A DNA stretch of 64,000 bases, from assembly GCA_040954595.2 (NCBI GenBank), contig CM082598.2:10059097-10123096 (forward strand), in the 5' to 3' direction. How positions within the stretch are numbered: the first letter of the stretch is position 1; each line of letters begins with the position of its first letter. The translations under genes were made by a program, and so were the position numbers. Shown one piece after another: positions 1-10,581 of this stretch. The notes beneath the pieces were generated by a model, which was not told where the DNA came from, did not search any database, and saw nothing but the letters and a program-made list of their open reading frames with translations. Source of the stretch: Balanoglossus misakiensis. Its lineage: Eukaryota; Animalia; Hemichordata.

Positions 1-405
1 ATCTGGCCATGTGACCTGCAGCATTGTCATTTCCAGGTGACGGCAAACAACATAGTGGCATCCAGTAAAAGTTTTCCACGTATGTAAGTACTTAAGAACC
101 GCCAGACATGTAACATGTATCAGGTATAGTACCTCATCAGCCTCATGGCATTTTGTCTGCACAGTCTTTGTCTGCACCACGTTGCTGAAGTTGCCTGTCA
201 TCTGGAAAATTGAATGCCAACGTATTTGCGCTTGAGCGCGTCTGGCGTCTTTTGATATCAAAGAATAAATGCATTTTACAAACTTGAAAGTATGTAGAAT
301 TTTTCTATTTATCCTGTGTGATATAGTGAAAACGCTCAAGTTACAGTTTGTGTATGGTTTTGAGAATTATTTCACTGCTTGAGGTAAGTGAAATAAACAG
401 CTCAC

Positions 406-538
406 CTTGTTGTCTGTTGACTTTTTCATACTGGTTGAGAAGTTTTGTAAACACACTGTTTTCAGACTTTGATGAACTCAAAATTGCAGACACTAGCTGG
501 ACAAATCTCATCATATCTTCCTTCTTTTCAAGATGTTT
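406..538 (-). pseudogene. INTS1: INTS1 exon KHLEKKEDMMRFVQLVSAILSSSKSENSVFTKLLNQYEKVNRQQ (133 nt, phase 0-1); representative copy
   Basis: Acceptor atcatttag|AAA, donor G|gtgagc, open and phase-compatible with both neighbours. Confidence 0.8.
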
Positions 539-629
539 CTAAATGATATAAAGGAGTGAGAGTGAGAATTGTGCATGATTATGTCAGTTTTGAACTTTCA
601 TGTCTGTTTTGGACTGAGAGCTGTTGAAT

Positions 630-653
630 GAGAGAGAGAGAGGGAGAGAGAGA
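630..653 (+). repeat. Interrupted (GA)n microsatellite, present in every unit; 4 bp longer in the copy at ~48336-48363
   Basis: gagagagagagagggagagagaga read directly. Confidence 0.85.
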
Positions 654-1181
654 TCGCGCTCGAACAATCAGGGGGTCACGCAGACGTAATCTTTTCATTG
701 GCGTGATACTGATATCACCACGTAACTTGCAATTCCCAAGAGTGCGACTGTACGTACGTAAACTGTATCAAATTCAACTCATTCACGTCATATGAGAGGA
801 GGTATACCGTGCGAATGCAAGCGCTGGGGGAACCGGGTACCGCCTACTTGAAATGGACCTCTTCCCTTAGTGAAGTCAAATAATCATAATTATCTATCAT
901 GTAAGAAGTCAAAAATGTAAGAGAATGTTTTAATAAATATGTCAACTTATTATTTATATTCCCCTGTATATATTCCCCTGTAAATGTCTCATAATTTGAG
1001 GAATAATATTTTGGAAGCTGAACGGAAGTTGCAACTCAAATCAAATTTCAACTTCTCCAATATATGGAATAACACTATAAGCCTACTGACTTGAGAAACT
1101 CAAATTGAATTTCAAATTCTCGAACAAACGAAAATATGTTTGAATGTAAGTAATCTTACTATAAAATTGACATGCAATTAC

Positions 1182-1361
1182 CTGTCGTTGGTGAAGCAAA
1201 CTGAACAATGGACATGACAAATGATGTTTTCTGTGTAGATTATAAATAAACTGACTCTCATCACTTGATGTTAGGATTTCTTGCATTGCCAGAATGATGT
1301 GATCACCAGAATTCTCTGATGAATCAAACAATTTCAGCCTGGAGATTTCCCTGGACAGTGT
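1182..1361 (-). pseudogene. INTS1: INTS1 exon TLSREISRLKLF...LHRKHHLSCPLFSLLHQRQ (180 nt, phase 0-0); representative copy
   Basis: Acceptor tttctcacacag|ACA and donor CAG|gtaatt. HRKHHLSCPL resembles recalled human HRSHFLACPL. Confidence 0.85.
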
Positions 1362-1489
1362 CTGTGTGAGAAATGATGGCAAAATATTAATATCATTTAT
1401 TAGGAAACCTGGCCAGTCACTGAGAAATCTGTCGGCCTTTACAAAGTATAGTTCATAATCTTCTCATAAAATGATAAAGTTGCCGCAAA

Positions 1490-1673
1490 GGTATACAGTC
1501 ACCTATAATTTACATACGCCCATATATGGCTGAAATGGCGTATTTGAGCGTTCTAAAGGACATATGGCGGCGCTCTTTTTTTCGCGTGTGCCACCCACTG
1601 AAAATCTGTGATTGGCTAGATCTCAAGTTTACCATGGTAACTGTAGTTAAATTACCATAGGTGACAATATACC
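1490..1673. mobile_element. Old 184-bp MITE, Kolobok-like termini; fixed in all units (left end deleted in the copy at ~16568)
   Basis: Imperfect TIRs GGTATACAGTCACCTAT / ATAGGTGACAATATACC. TTAA on the right flank and degenerate CAAA on the left. Confidence 0.65.
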
Positions 1674-1737
1674 TTAACATATCATATTTCTTCTGGGAAG
1701 TGTAATTGTTTTAAGATCAAATATTACATGTACATAC

Positions 1738-1806
1738 CAATTGTATGCCTCTCAGATATTGTCTTTCCGTTGATGCACTCACTTTGTGCTCACCAATACT
1801 GAATAG
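1738..1806 (-). pseudogene. INTS1: INTS1 exon LFSIGEHKVSASTERQYLRGIQL (69 nt, phase 0-0); representative copy
   Basis: Acceptor atttacag|CTA, donor TTG|gtatgt, open and phase-compatible with both neighbours. Confidence 0.78.
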
Positions 1807-2259
1807 CTGTAAATATAATCAAAGGAGAAGAAATCACTCACTCATTAGCAATGATACTGCAAAAGTGGAAGTGACTGATTTTGAGTCTGAAGTTGGAAAA
1901 GAGTCCCAGTACAGTGTAGAGAGGTTTCCAGATTAGGTAGATTTTGCTGTCCAACCATTTTCACACAACGGCCATAAAACTTAAAGAAGAACTATTAAAT
2001 TACCCAGCCTGATAAGTTTTGTGGTGTTTGGAAAGTCGTCCATGTCTGATGACACAAGATCAGCTTTTGATTGTAACATGAGACATGATCAGTTGTGTTT
2101 TGGTTCAAAAGAACATGACCTGGTTTAAGAAGCCTTGCAACTTCAGGTGACTACAGAAGGAGCTATACTGTGCCCATTGGCCTTGATTTGACTGAGAAAC
2201 CATGATTTACTGAAAAGCCACTTGGAAAAGGGTCCACTTTATTTCTAAACCAAACTTAC

Positions 2260-2387
2260 CTTCAGGAAGATCATCTTGGCTGACTCTTGACTATCTACAG
2301 TGACTTTTCTTTCATCCATCTTGGCTGCAACATCTTTCTTTTCATCCATCTGCATTGCCTCACTTTTCTCCTCTTTCTTTTCCTCAT
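2260..2387 (-). pseudogene. INTS1: INTS1 exon DEEKKEEKSEAMQMDEKKDVAAKMDERKVTVDSQESAKMIFLK (128 nt, phase 1-0); representative copy
   Basis: Acceptor tttatttgcag|AT, donor AAG|gtaagt, open frame, phase-compatible with the next exon. Low-complexity linker, so it is assigned by position. Confidence 0.8.
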
Positions 2388-2669
2388 CTGCAAATAAAAA
2401 TTGTGTTATGTCCAGGAAATATTATTTACTTTCTGAGAAGAAACTGGAATATCTAGCTTTGCAAATCAGTTAGTGAAATAAGAGAACGCAAACAATTAAT
2501 TGTCATGAAATAGTCACCCCTGTTAATATCGCGAAAAATTTCCCATCACAAAAATTACCAAGATTACAGTAACCTAAAAATATAAAATCCTAATAATGTC
2601 CAAAGTTGAAGAATTCTATATGTATGACTTAACTTTTGAGACACTATTTCACAACACAAATACTAGTAC

Positions 2670-2828
2670 CTTTGTTCTCTTTATCCAGGAATGAATTTTT
2701 TTCCACCTTCTGCTCCTCTCATCTGTTGAACTTCCACTAACTGAGCCATGTATCCTTTGTCAACCACAGCCTGTTCCATACTGTACAGATCTTGTCTGCA
2801 GGCCATGTCGAGATGCTGCAGTAGTTTG
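2670..2828 (-). pseudogene. INTS1: INTS1 exon SKLLQHLDMACRQDLYSMEQAVVDKGYMAQLVEVQQMRGAEGGKKF..., frameshifted near its 3' end (TAA at 2681-2683); representative copy
   Basis: Acceptor ttttcacag|C and donor |gtacta. The entry frame hits TAA. The alternative frame FLDKENK+G joins the phase-1 downstream exon. Confidence 0.88.
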
Positions 2829-3200
2829 CTGTGAAAAGAAACAGAAGTGTTACATGTGTATGTGTGTTACAGGGCCAGATCACGGCACATCATGACAAAA
2901 TCTTTGTGAATATGGTGCTAGCATCATGTTTATAGCAGATCATGTGTATTCATACTTGTGGGCCAAATGACCTTAATATGTGGTTTGTTGTATGACTTAA
3001 TTATAACACACACACCCAGTTTTTTTAATAGTCCTGCTTGAAAGATCACAGAGTGTCTTTGGCTACTGAAAAGCACCACCACAATGAGAGATAACTCACA
3101 ACACCGAAGAGTAAATCTCTAAAGTTGTAATTTAAACCAAGTATGGAAATTGGGATGTACGGTAGCTTTGATGAGGAATAATTCTAGAGTTACAACATAC

Positions 3201-3273
3201 CTCATGCTGTTGACTGGTATACCAAAGGACTGCACAAACAAGACCAACTGAGCTGGTTCCAAGTCTTCCAGGG
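3201..3273 (-). pseudogene. INTS1: INTS1 exon (A)LEDLEPAQLVLFVQSFGIPVNSM(S), 73 nt, phase 1-2; representative copy
   Basis: Acceptor ttttttcag|CC and donor AG|gtatgt. Highly conserved INTS1 motif. Confidence 0.92.
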
Positions 3274-3473
3274 CTGAAAAAAATGACAAATTCAGGATGA
3301 AAACAACAAAAGTTTGGTGAGAAAAGATCCCAAGTTGAATTGACACACAGATTGGCAGATATTTCCACGAAATATCACATGTAAATGGTGCAACAACAGA
3401 TTAACCGATCAGGCCATGACAAATACTGCACCTCTTCACAAAAACTGCTGGGTTGCAATTTATAGCATAAAAT

Positions 3474-3608
3474 TACTGTAAAACAGGAAATTTTTGTGAT
3501 ATCACAAGAGAGCTGACTATTCCATTGCTCACATTGTTTCTTTGCGACCATTTATTTTCACGTTTTTTGGCTCTCACGAAATTCGCAAAAATTTCCCCTT
3601 TTACAATA
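3474..3608. mobile_element. Degenerate ~135-bp MITE with TA-bounded inverted repeats; fixed in all units
   Basis: TACTGTAAAACAGGAAATTTTTGTGA versus the reverse complement of the right end TATTGTAAAAGGGGAAATTTTTGCGA (22/26 match). Confidence 0.6.
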
Positions 3609-4439
3609 GTATGGTTGGATCTATACAATGTATACATTGAATGGGGATGAACACTGGACAGTGGAGCATTCTATATTAAAATTTGGGAAAACATTGAAGC
3701 CATATTAAGGTCATACTTGATTAAGCTGAAAGTCGGCACAGAATAAATTTGAAATTCAATTGGCTACAAAAATTGACTTTTCTGCCATTCTGAGATCTCC
3801 ATGCTGAGCTCAATTATGTTGCTGCTTCATATAGTGGTCAGCAATAAAAACTTACTACTGTTACAGTGGTTATACATGTACTTTTGTACATGTAGTGACA
3901 CAATGAAAGAATGACAGAGAAACTGCTAACAGACAGATTATTATATATTTTTTTACCTTTTCATGTCACTTTTATAAAACACTGCATGGCAACAAATGTG
4001 AACCATGAACAATTTGCAAGACAATGAACTAGAAGTTGAACGAGATTTGAAGACCTGCTCTGGAAGTAATTGATTGACACTCACCCATGAGTAAGATTCC
4101 GCATGGGGCTGTGTGGCTTTCTTCAAGTAATTGTAGAATATATGTAACATGGATGTCAGTGTACATAGTGTTGGTCTGGTCGGCACTGGTGTCTCTACAC
4201 AGCATGGAGCTGAGTATGGTGGGCCTTTCTACAATCAACTGAGCTAAATGTGACAATGTGTAATTAAAGAGAAATATACAGTCAGTGGAGTAAAGGGTAT
4301 AACACAATCATACTGATGGAATTCTCACTACCTGAAATAGGTTTTTGCTACCTAGGTGAGTGATGAATAAAGGTCTAATGTCCTCTCTGATATAACATAC
4401 TAGTGTATGGTAAATGTCTTTCAGAGATCTACACATTAA

Positions 4440-4626
4440 AGGGACAAACTCTCTACAGTTAATTCATTTTGGGGAGATTTTTACTCTCATATCCTACAAA
4501 CGGGATGGAAGTTGTGTGTGGTCGAACATTGATTCACTATATATCCACATGTAGAATAACATAAATGGTGTCTTGTATCAAACATAATGTATGGAAAAAG
4601 GGCAGCGAGAGAGAGACTTTGTCCCT
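4440..4626. mobile_element. Old 187-bp TTAA-flanked MITE, Kolobok-like; fixed in all units
   Basis: TTAA (4436-4439) AGGGACAAACTCTCT ... AGAGACTTTGTCCCT TTAA (4627-4630), with a 14/15 TIR match. Confidence 0.75.
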
Positions 4627-4797
4627 TTAAATATCATAGCTGGCATACAGTTATAAATATGCATTTTTTGATTTATGTCTTGCAAGTACAAAACTGTTCT
4701 TTATTAAAAAGAAATACAGACAAGGTGATCCCAGGAACATAAAACCCAAAACTCAAAGCTACCAGACAGATGAGTCTTGAGATAAACTTGGACTTAC

Positions 4798-4951
4798 TTG
4801 TCAATCAATCTGGACTGCTCTTGTAACAACAACTCACTCAATGCTTCACTGGTGCTGGATGATTTTGTTGGCACTTGCATAGCAACAGATAAGGCTTTAT
4901 TCAGAAACTCTTCTAGTTGGCTGGAATTGGCGCCTGTCAGCTGGTGATACA
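4798..4951 (-). pseudogene. INTS1: INTS1 exon VYHQLTGANSSQLEEFLNKALSVAMQVPTKSSSTSEALSELLLQEQSRLID(K) (154 nt, phase 1-2); representative copy
   Basis: Acceptor catatgcag|TG and donor AA|gtaagt. SSQLEEFL and SELLLQE resemble recalled human SPHLEELL and SSLLLQE. Confidence 0.82.
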
Positions 4952-5624
4952 CTGCATATGGTGCAAAGTCAAACAAAATTCACCCAATCATAAAATGTAT
5001 CATTAACATGATCATACCATAAAAAATGTGAATGAATTACAATTATAGCGTGCGCATATTGAATCATACGAAATCACACCAAATAACGCGAGACTTAGAA
5101 ATAACATTACATGTGTATGGTGCCACTTAAACGACACCATTTATTCTTTTTGAGCCTAAATCATGTTTAACCACAACTAGACAACCACAATGACCTTGTG
5201 AGAATGAAACCCACCAATAAATACATGTAGATAATCTGAAGCTATCACAGAAACAGAATGTCTTTGACAAAGTATTGCAAAGCCTTCAGTTGACCGCGAA
5301 AAAGTTGACGAAGCATGCATGTGGAAAGTGGAGTGTTGACAACAATGTGAATATATGCACGATAGCTTGCTGCGCTCGCACTCAGGTCAAACCTGTTACA
5401 TATTACCAAAAATGTGGATCTATATAATTAACATTGGGTCCGTTCCTTCTTATCCCACTCGTGTTTCTGTTTGTTTGGTGAGAATATCTAATAGGTTAGC
5501 CCCTTTCACTCCCAGTTCCTTCTTTAGAGGTCCAACCTTACCATAGAAAACGATGGGTTTGGACTGGAACATGGCGGTGAAAGGGTTCAGGTGCTTGAGG
5601 GAGTGTTAAAAATGCAGACTTTAC

Positions 5625-5750
5625 CTTTCTATAACATGTCTCTATCTACAGCCATCCGTCCCTCAGTGACGGCTTCAATGATTTCACTCACTTCATCCAA
5701 GTTGCCACCACTGGCTTTGATGGGACTTTTCTCACTGCTCAGGGATTTCG
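5625..5750 (-). pseudogene. INTS1: INTS1 exon AKSLSSEKSPIKASGGNLDEVSEIIEAVTEGRMAVDRDML*K (126 nt, phase 1-1) with in-frame TAG at 5629-5631; representative copy
   Basis: Acceptor ttccttccag|CG and donor G|gtaaag. Length is a multiple of 3, with a single in-frame stop. Confidence 0.8.
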
Positions 5751-7957
5751 CTGGAAGGAAGGACGTAAGACTGGAATTAAGGCATACGTCCCTACATAAA
5801 GGGAGGACATTTGGACATGATACCACAAATGGTTAATGGAGTTTCTGGGAAGGTTTTCAAATTCCAGGAATTTCCAGGAGTGTACGAATCCAGTTAAGAA
5901 TTCTTTATGTCATGTGATCTGGCCATGTGACCTCCAGCATTGTCATTTCCAGGTGACGGCAAACAACATAGTGGCATCCAGTAAAAGTTTTCCACGTATG
6001 TAAGTACTTAAGAACCGCCAGACATGTAACATGTATCAGGTATAGTACCTCATCAGCCTCATGGCATTTTGTCTGCACAGTCTTTGTCTGCACCACGTTG
6101 CTGAAGTTGCCTGTCATCTGGAAAATTGAATGCCAACGTATTTGCGCTTGAGCGCGTCTGGCGTCTTTTGATATCAAAGAATAAATGCATTGTACAAACT
6201 TGAAAGTATGTAGAATTTTTCTATTTATCCTGTGTGATATAGTGAAAACGCTCAAGTTACAGTTTGTGTATGGTTTTGAGAATTATTTCACTGCTTGAGG
6301 TAAGTGAAATAAACAGCTCACCTTGTTGTCTGTTGACTTTTTCATACTGGTTGAGAAGTTTTGTAAACACACTGTTTTCAGACTTTGATGAACTCAAAAT
6401 TGCAGACACTAGCTGGACAAATCTCATCATATCTTCCTTCTTTTCAAAATGTTTCTAAATGATATAAAGGAGTGAGAGTGAGAATTGTGCATGATTATGT
6501 CAGTTTTGAACTTTCATGTCTGTTTTGGACTGAGAGCTGTTGAATGAGAGAGAGAGAGGGAGAGAGAGATCGCGCTCGAACAATCAGGGGGTCACGCAGA
6601 CGTAATCTTTTCATTGGCGTGATACTGATATCACCACGTAACTTGCAATTCCCAAGAGTGCGACTGTACGTACGTAAACTGTATCAAATTCAACTCATTC
6701 ACGTCATATGAGAGGAGGTATACCGTGCGAATGCGAGCGCTGGGGGAACCGGGTACCGCCTACTTGAAATGGACCTCTTCCCTTAGTGAAGTCAAATAAT
6801 CATAATTATCTATCATGTAAGAAGTCAAAAATGTAAGAGAATGTTTTAATAAATATGTCAACTTATTATTTATATTCCCCTGTATATATTCCCCTGTAAA
6901 TGTCTCATAATTTGAGGAATAATATTTTGGAAGCTGAACGGAAGTTGCAACTCAAATCAAATTTCAACTTCTCCAATATATGGAATAACACTATAAGCCT
7001 ACTGACTTGAGAAACTCAAATTGAATTTCAAATTCTCGAACAAACGAAAATATGTTTGAATGTAAGTAATCTTACTATAAAATTGACATGCAATTACCTG
7101 TCGTTGGTGAAGCAAACTGAACAATGGACATGACAAATGATGTTTTCTGTGTAGATTATAAATAAACTGACTCTCATCACTTGATGTTAGGATTTCTTGC
7201 ATTGCCAGAATGATGTGATCACCAGAATTCTCTGATGAATCAAACAATTTCAGCCTGGAGATTTCCCTGGACAGTGTCTGTGTGAGAAATGATGGCAAAA
7301 TATCAATATCATTTATTAGGAAACCTGGCCAGTCACTGAGAAATCTGTCGGCCTTTACAAAGTATAGTTCATAATCTTCTCATAAAATGATAAAGTTGCC
7401 GCAAAGGTATACAGTCACCTATAATTTACATACGCCCATATATGGCTGAAATGGCGTATTTGAGCGTTCTAAAGGACATATGGCGGCGCTCTTTTTTTCG
7501 CGTGTGCCACCCACTGAAAATCTGTGATTGGCTAGATCTCAAGTTTACCATGGTAACTGTAGTTAAATTACCATAGGTGACAATATACCTTAACATATCA
7601 TATTTCTTCTGGGAAGTGTAATTGTTTTAAGATCAAATATTACATGTACATACCAATTGTATGCCTCTCAGATATTGTCTTTCCGTTGATGCACTCACTT
7701 TGTGCTCACCAATACTGAATAGCTGTAAATATAATCAAAGGAGAAGAAATCACTCACTCATTAGCAATGATACTGCAAAAGTGGAAGTGACTGATTTTGA
7801 GTCTGAAGTTGGAAAAGAGTCCCAGTACAGTGTAGAGAGGTTTCCAGATTAGGTAGATTTTGCTGTCCAACCATTTTCACACAACGGCCATAAAACTTAA
7901 AGAAGAACTATTAAATTACCCAGCCTGATAAGTCAGGGCTCGAAATTAAATTTTTAA

Positions 7958-8021
7958 TGTGGTGGTCCAAGTGGACCACCACAAATAAAATTGTGGTGGT
8001 CCAAAACTAAATTTGGTGGTC
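7958..8021. repeat. Subterminal GGTGGTC(C)/GGACCACC motif cluster at the left end of the hAT element
   Basis: tgtggtggtccaa-gtggaccaccaca...tgtggtggtccaa...ttggtggtc, in direct and inverted orientation. Confidence 0.85.
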
Positions 8022-8337
8022 ACACCAATGAAACATGTAAGTCGTTCATTCCAAGAGTTGACAACGATAATGTAACTTAAAGTCTACTGTATTACTCCAT
8101 TAAAAGTAGCATTTCTTGAATTTTGATCTACAATAAAGTTGACATGATATCTGTATGTCAAAAATTTATAGAGAAAAAATGACTGATTGTTCAAACAATT
8201 TTTTTCATGGAAGTTTCTTGTCCTGGGGGAATTAATATAATTGTCAGAAACAAGCAATTGTATAATTGTTCAAAACACTTGGCAGGAAAGTTACTAGTTC
8301 TCGAGGGATTCACCTCACTTCACCATATTCAGGTAAG

Positions 8338-10581
8338 TCAATCACTGTCACTGTCATTGTCAACCATGTGGGGACCATAAGGAGTTGTATTTGGTCTTCT
8401 TGCCCTTCTACCACCATTCCACCATGCATTTACGGCTCGTAGGGGATTGAACTGGTGCAGTGGTTCACCCAGCAACTTGATCCGCATCAGTTCATTTAGT
8501 CTGGTAGTTGACAGACTGCTACGCCAGTCAGTTTTGATTTTACCCATGATGCTGAAGCCTCGTTCACACTCGCTAGTGTGAATAGGTATCAACAAAATGA
8601 TCTTGACTAAGGTAAGTATATTTCTATACTCATCTAGTTGCTGTCTCAGGAATCGTTGCCAGAAATCCAGGTAAGTCAACTGTGGCTGATTGAAAACTGT
8701 CTCACGCAAAGCTAACTTCAGTTCACGCCACTCTAGTGGGATTTCATCACTGTCACAGTTCTGTCGTACAAGTAAGTCTTGAAAGTGGGCAGCCATTTGT
8801 TCTACTTGTAGATTTCCATACTGCTGCATCCCATTTACATCATCAACTGGCCAGTTCCGTTGGTTGAACACCTTAGCGTTGTTCAATATTTCATTTTCAT
8901 CAAATGAACGAAATCTAGCCTCAAGGTGATTCACACAGTTGTCAATAAACTCTACTTTATCTGTGTTCACCATGATGTCACATTCTCGTCTGGGTTGTGG
9001 TCTACCTCTTTCAGCAAAGTTAATTTGTACTCCTTGAAATGTAATGACATCACAATCACCATCACTTCCTTCAACAGTGACAAGTCCATTAAATTCTCTC
9101 TCTCGTGGACCTGGGTTATCTCTAAGTTCCCCTAGATTTCCAAGTGCGGCACGGAAACAACTCTCAACTGTTTCAACTGAGCTGTCATTCTTCTGAAACA
9201 TTAATGACAGGCGTGACAGTACTCTGTATATGTCAAGCAGCAGGTAGAGGGACTTGACAAATCTGTATGATTTCAGTAGTCTGACAAACCCTTTGGCTTT
9301 GTTCTTGGCGTCGGATGATTGCCCATCAATGGAAACTTGATCGAGGTGAAATACCAATGCCTTGAAATTCTGGGTAACATTGATGAGCGCACGCTCATGG
9401 TGGCCTATCCATCTAGTGCCCAAAACGTTGGAAAGTTTGTAGACACGTACGTTAGTTGCTTCTCCAGCAAGCTGTAAGTTTGTCCAGTTCAATGGAGAGT
9501 TCTTGTAGAACTTGTAGACATTGACCAGAAAAACTTCGACGCCTTCGAAATACTTACAAGTTTTCAAGGATTGCTTGATAGCAAGTTCCATCCGATGGGC
9601 CACACAATGCACTACAATCAATGAGGGGACATCACGGGACAATCGAGCGCTCACTCCCTTGTTTTTGCCAAAGTTCACGGCAGCTCCGTCTGCTCCAAAT
9701 CCCACTATCCGATCTTTCCAATTCCCCATGTCAAGTTCGTTATGGAATGCTACATCAATTGATCTTAAGATACCTTCACTTGTTGCACGGTCGAGTGGTT
9801 GCAAGGAAAAGTATTTCGTAACAGGTCGCCCATCTTCAATCAGCCTGAGGTAGAGTATTTCCTCGTCTATAATCGCTACATCTGTCGCAGAGTCGATTAA
9901 AATGGAGAACAGTTCACTCCTCTCAACAAGACCTTTTAAGTCTTCACGCTGGACTTCCGCAATGTAGTGAAGAAATGTCGACGCCTGTTTATCGTTTTTA
10001 TATGCCGACCCCAACTCAACGTCGTTCAATTCTTGCAAGGCACACAAACTAGCGAAGTCAGAAAAAGGCCGTTCAGCGATTGCTAGATAATAAGCAGTTC
10101 GAAAAAGTCTTTCAACTTTCTGAAATTGTTCACGTTCAGCATTTAGGAAGCCCTGCTCTATTGGGGCATTTCTACCAGGTGCTAATCGATTCACCTTGTA
10201 TGACCCCGCTGCCTTCGTGTGAGGTTCACTTACTTCGTGTTTCGTAATAGACGACAGCCGGAAATTGCTCGTACCTTGTCGAAAAGCGCTGTCAACATGA
10301 CTGAAATCTCGGCACCACTGACAAAACATTGTATCGTCATCGCTAGAATACACCAGCCACGGGTGATCAGTCTTCCATTTCTGTGAAAACTCCTTGGTTA
10401 CTTTGGTTTTTTTAGGCGATGACGGGGCTGAGGCGCCTGGTTCGCGTTCAACGCCAACATTGTCGCTTCGATCAGTGGGTAGCTGTGACGTACCGGTCAA
10501 ATATCGATCGCCGGCGCGCCCGCCCCGCGCAGTCGTCCGTGTTGGTATTGCAACTTGCAGTCCCCTCCAAGTTAGGCCCAT
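8338..10581 (-). CDS. hAT transposase (ZNF862-like architecture), intronless ORF of ~747 aa from the first ATG
   Basis: TTF-type zinc finger (WKTDHPWL...MFCQWC...KHEVSEPH), catalytic D (SILIDSATD), D (GFGADGAAVN), CxxH (VHCVAHRMEL), TRW, catalytic E in the C-terminal dimerisation domain (SECERGFS). The ORF track starts at GTG 10584 and the ATG is at 10581. The true start is uncertain (see findings). Confidence 0.95.
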   Translation of the reverse strand: MGLTWRGLQVAIPTRTTARGGRAGDRYLTGTSQLPTDRSDNVGVEREPGASAPSSPKKTKVTKEFSQKWKTDHPWLVYSSDDDTMFCQWCRDFSHVDSAFRQGTSNFRLSSITKHEVSEPHTKAAGSYKVNRLAPGRNAPIEQGFLNAEREQFQKVERLFRTAYYLAIAERPFSDFASLCALQELNDVELGSAYKNDKQASTFLHYIAEVQREDLKGLVERSELFSILIDSATDVAIIDEEILYLRLIEDGRPVTKYFSLQPLDRATSEGILRSIDVAFHNELDMGNWKDRIVGFGADGAAVNFGKNKGVSARLSRDVPSLIVVHCVAHRMELAIKQSLKTCKYFEGVEVFLVNVYKFYKNSPLNWTNLQLAGEATNVRVYKLSNVLGTRWIGHHERALINVTQNFKALVFHLDQVSIDGQSSDAKNKAKGFVRLLKSYRFVKSLYLLLDIYRVLSRLSLMFQKNDSSVETVESCFRAALGNLGELRDNPGPREREFNGLVTVEGSDGDCDVITFQGVQINFAERGRPQPRRECDIMVNTDKVEFIDNCVNHLEARFRSFDENEILNNAKVFNQRNWPVDDVNGMQQYGNLQVEQMAAHFQDLLVRQNCDSDEIPLEWRELKLALRETVFNQPQLTYLDFWQRFLRQQLDEYRNILTLVKIILLIPIHTSECERGFSIMGKIKTDWRSSLSTTRLNELMRIKLLGEPLHQFNPLRAVNAWWNGGRRARRPNTTPYGPHMVDNDSDSD

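Larger units (their letters stand above)
406..4249 (-). pseudogene. INTS1: INTS1 internal-fragment pseudogene, partial copy (7 exons)
   Basis: Exons at 4085-4249 (acceptor lost), 3201-3273, 2670-2828, 2260-2387, 1738-1806, 1182-1361 and 406-538, with GT-AG boundaries. Spliced translation includes ALEDLEPAQLVLFVQSFGIPVNSMSKLLQHLD...DKGYMAQLVEVQQMRGAEGG, which matches the INTS1 motif as I recall it from human (ALQDLEPQQLLLFVQSFGIPVSSMSKLLQFLD...DKNYMAHLVEVQHERGASGG). Confidence 0.9.

Noticed and set aside
348-542. Plus-strand ORFs repeated in each unit (348-542, 1745-1936, 5355-5546, 5591-5836)
   Set aside because: They are antisense to or overlap INTS1 exons and introns, and have no independent coding signal. 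Some are broken or altered by single substitutions or small indels in individual copies.
654-850. GC-richer intronic patch after the GA repeat as a promoter or ncRNA
   Set aside because: No recognisable motif or structure I can support; it is more likely a repeat remnant.
1-6020. An snRNA, 5S rRNA, tRNA or histone gene as the driver of the tandem array
   Set aside because: I saw no convincing U1, U2, 5S, tRNA or histone sequence. The acaacggccata at ~1964-1975 only weakly resembles a 5S start. An Infernal/Rfam scan would be decisive.
5905-6255. 116-aa minus-strand ORF recurring in every unit (MSVFTISHR...)
   Set aside because: Non-ATG start, no recognisable motif, and it lies in an INTS1 intron. 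Its recurrence only reflects the recent repeat.
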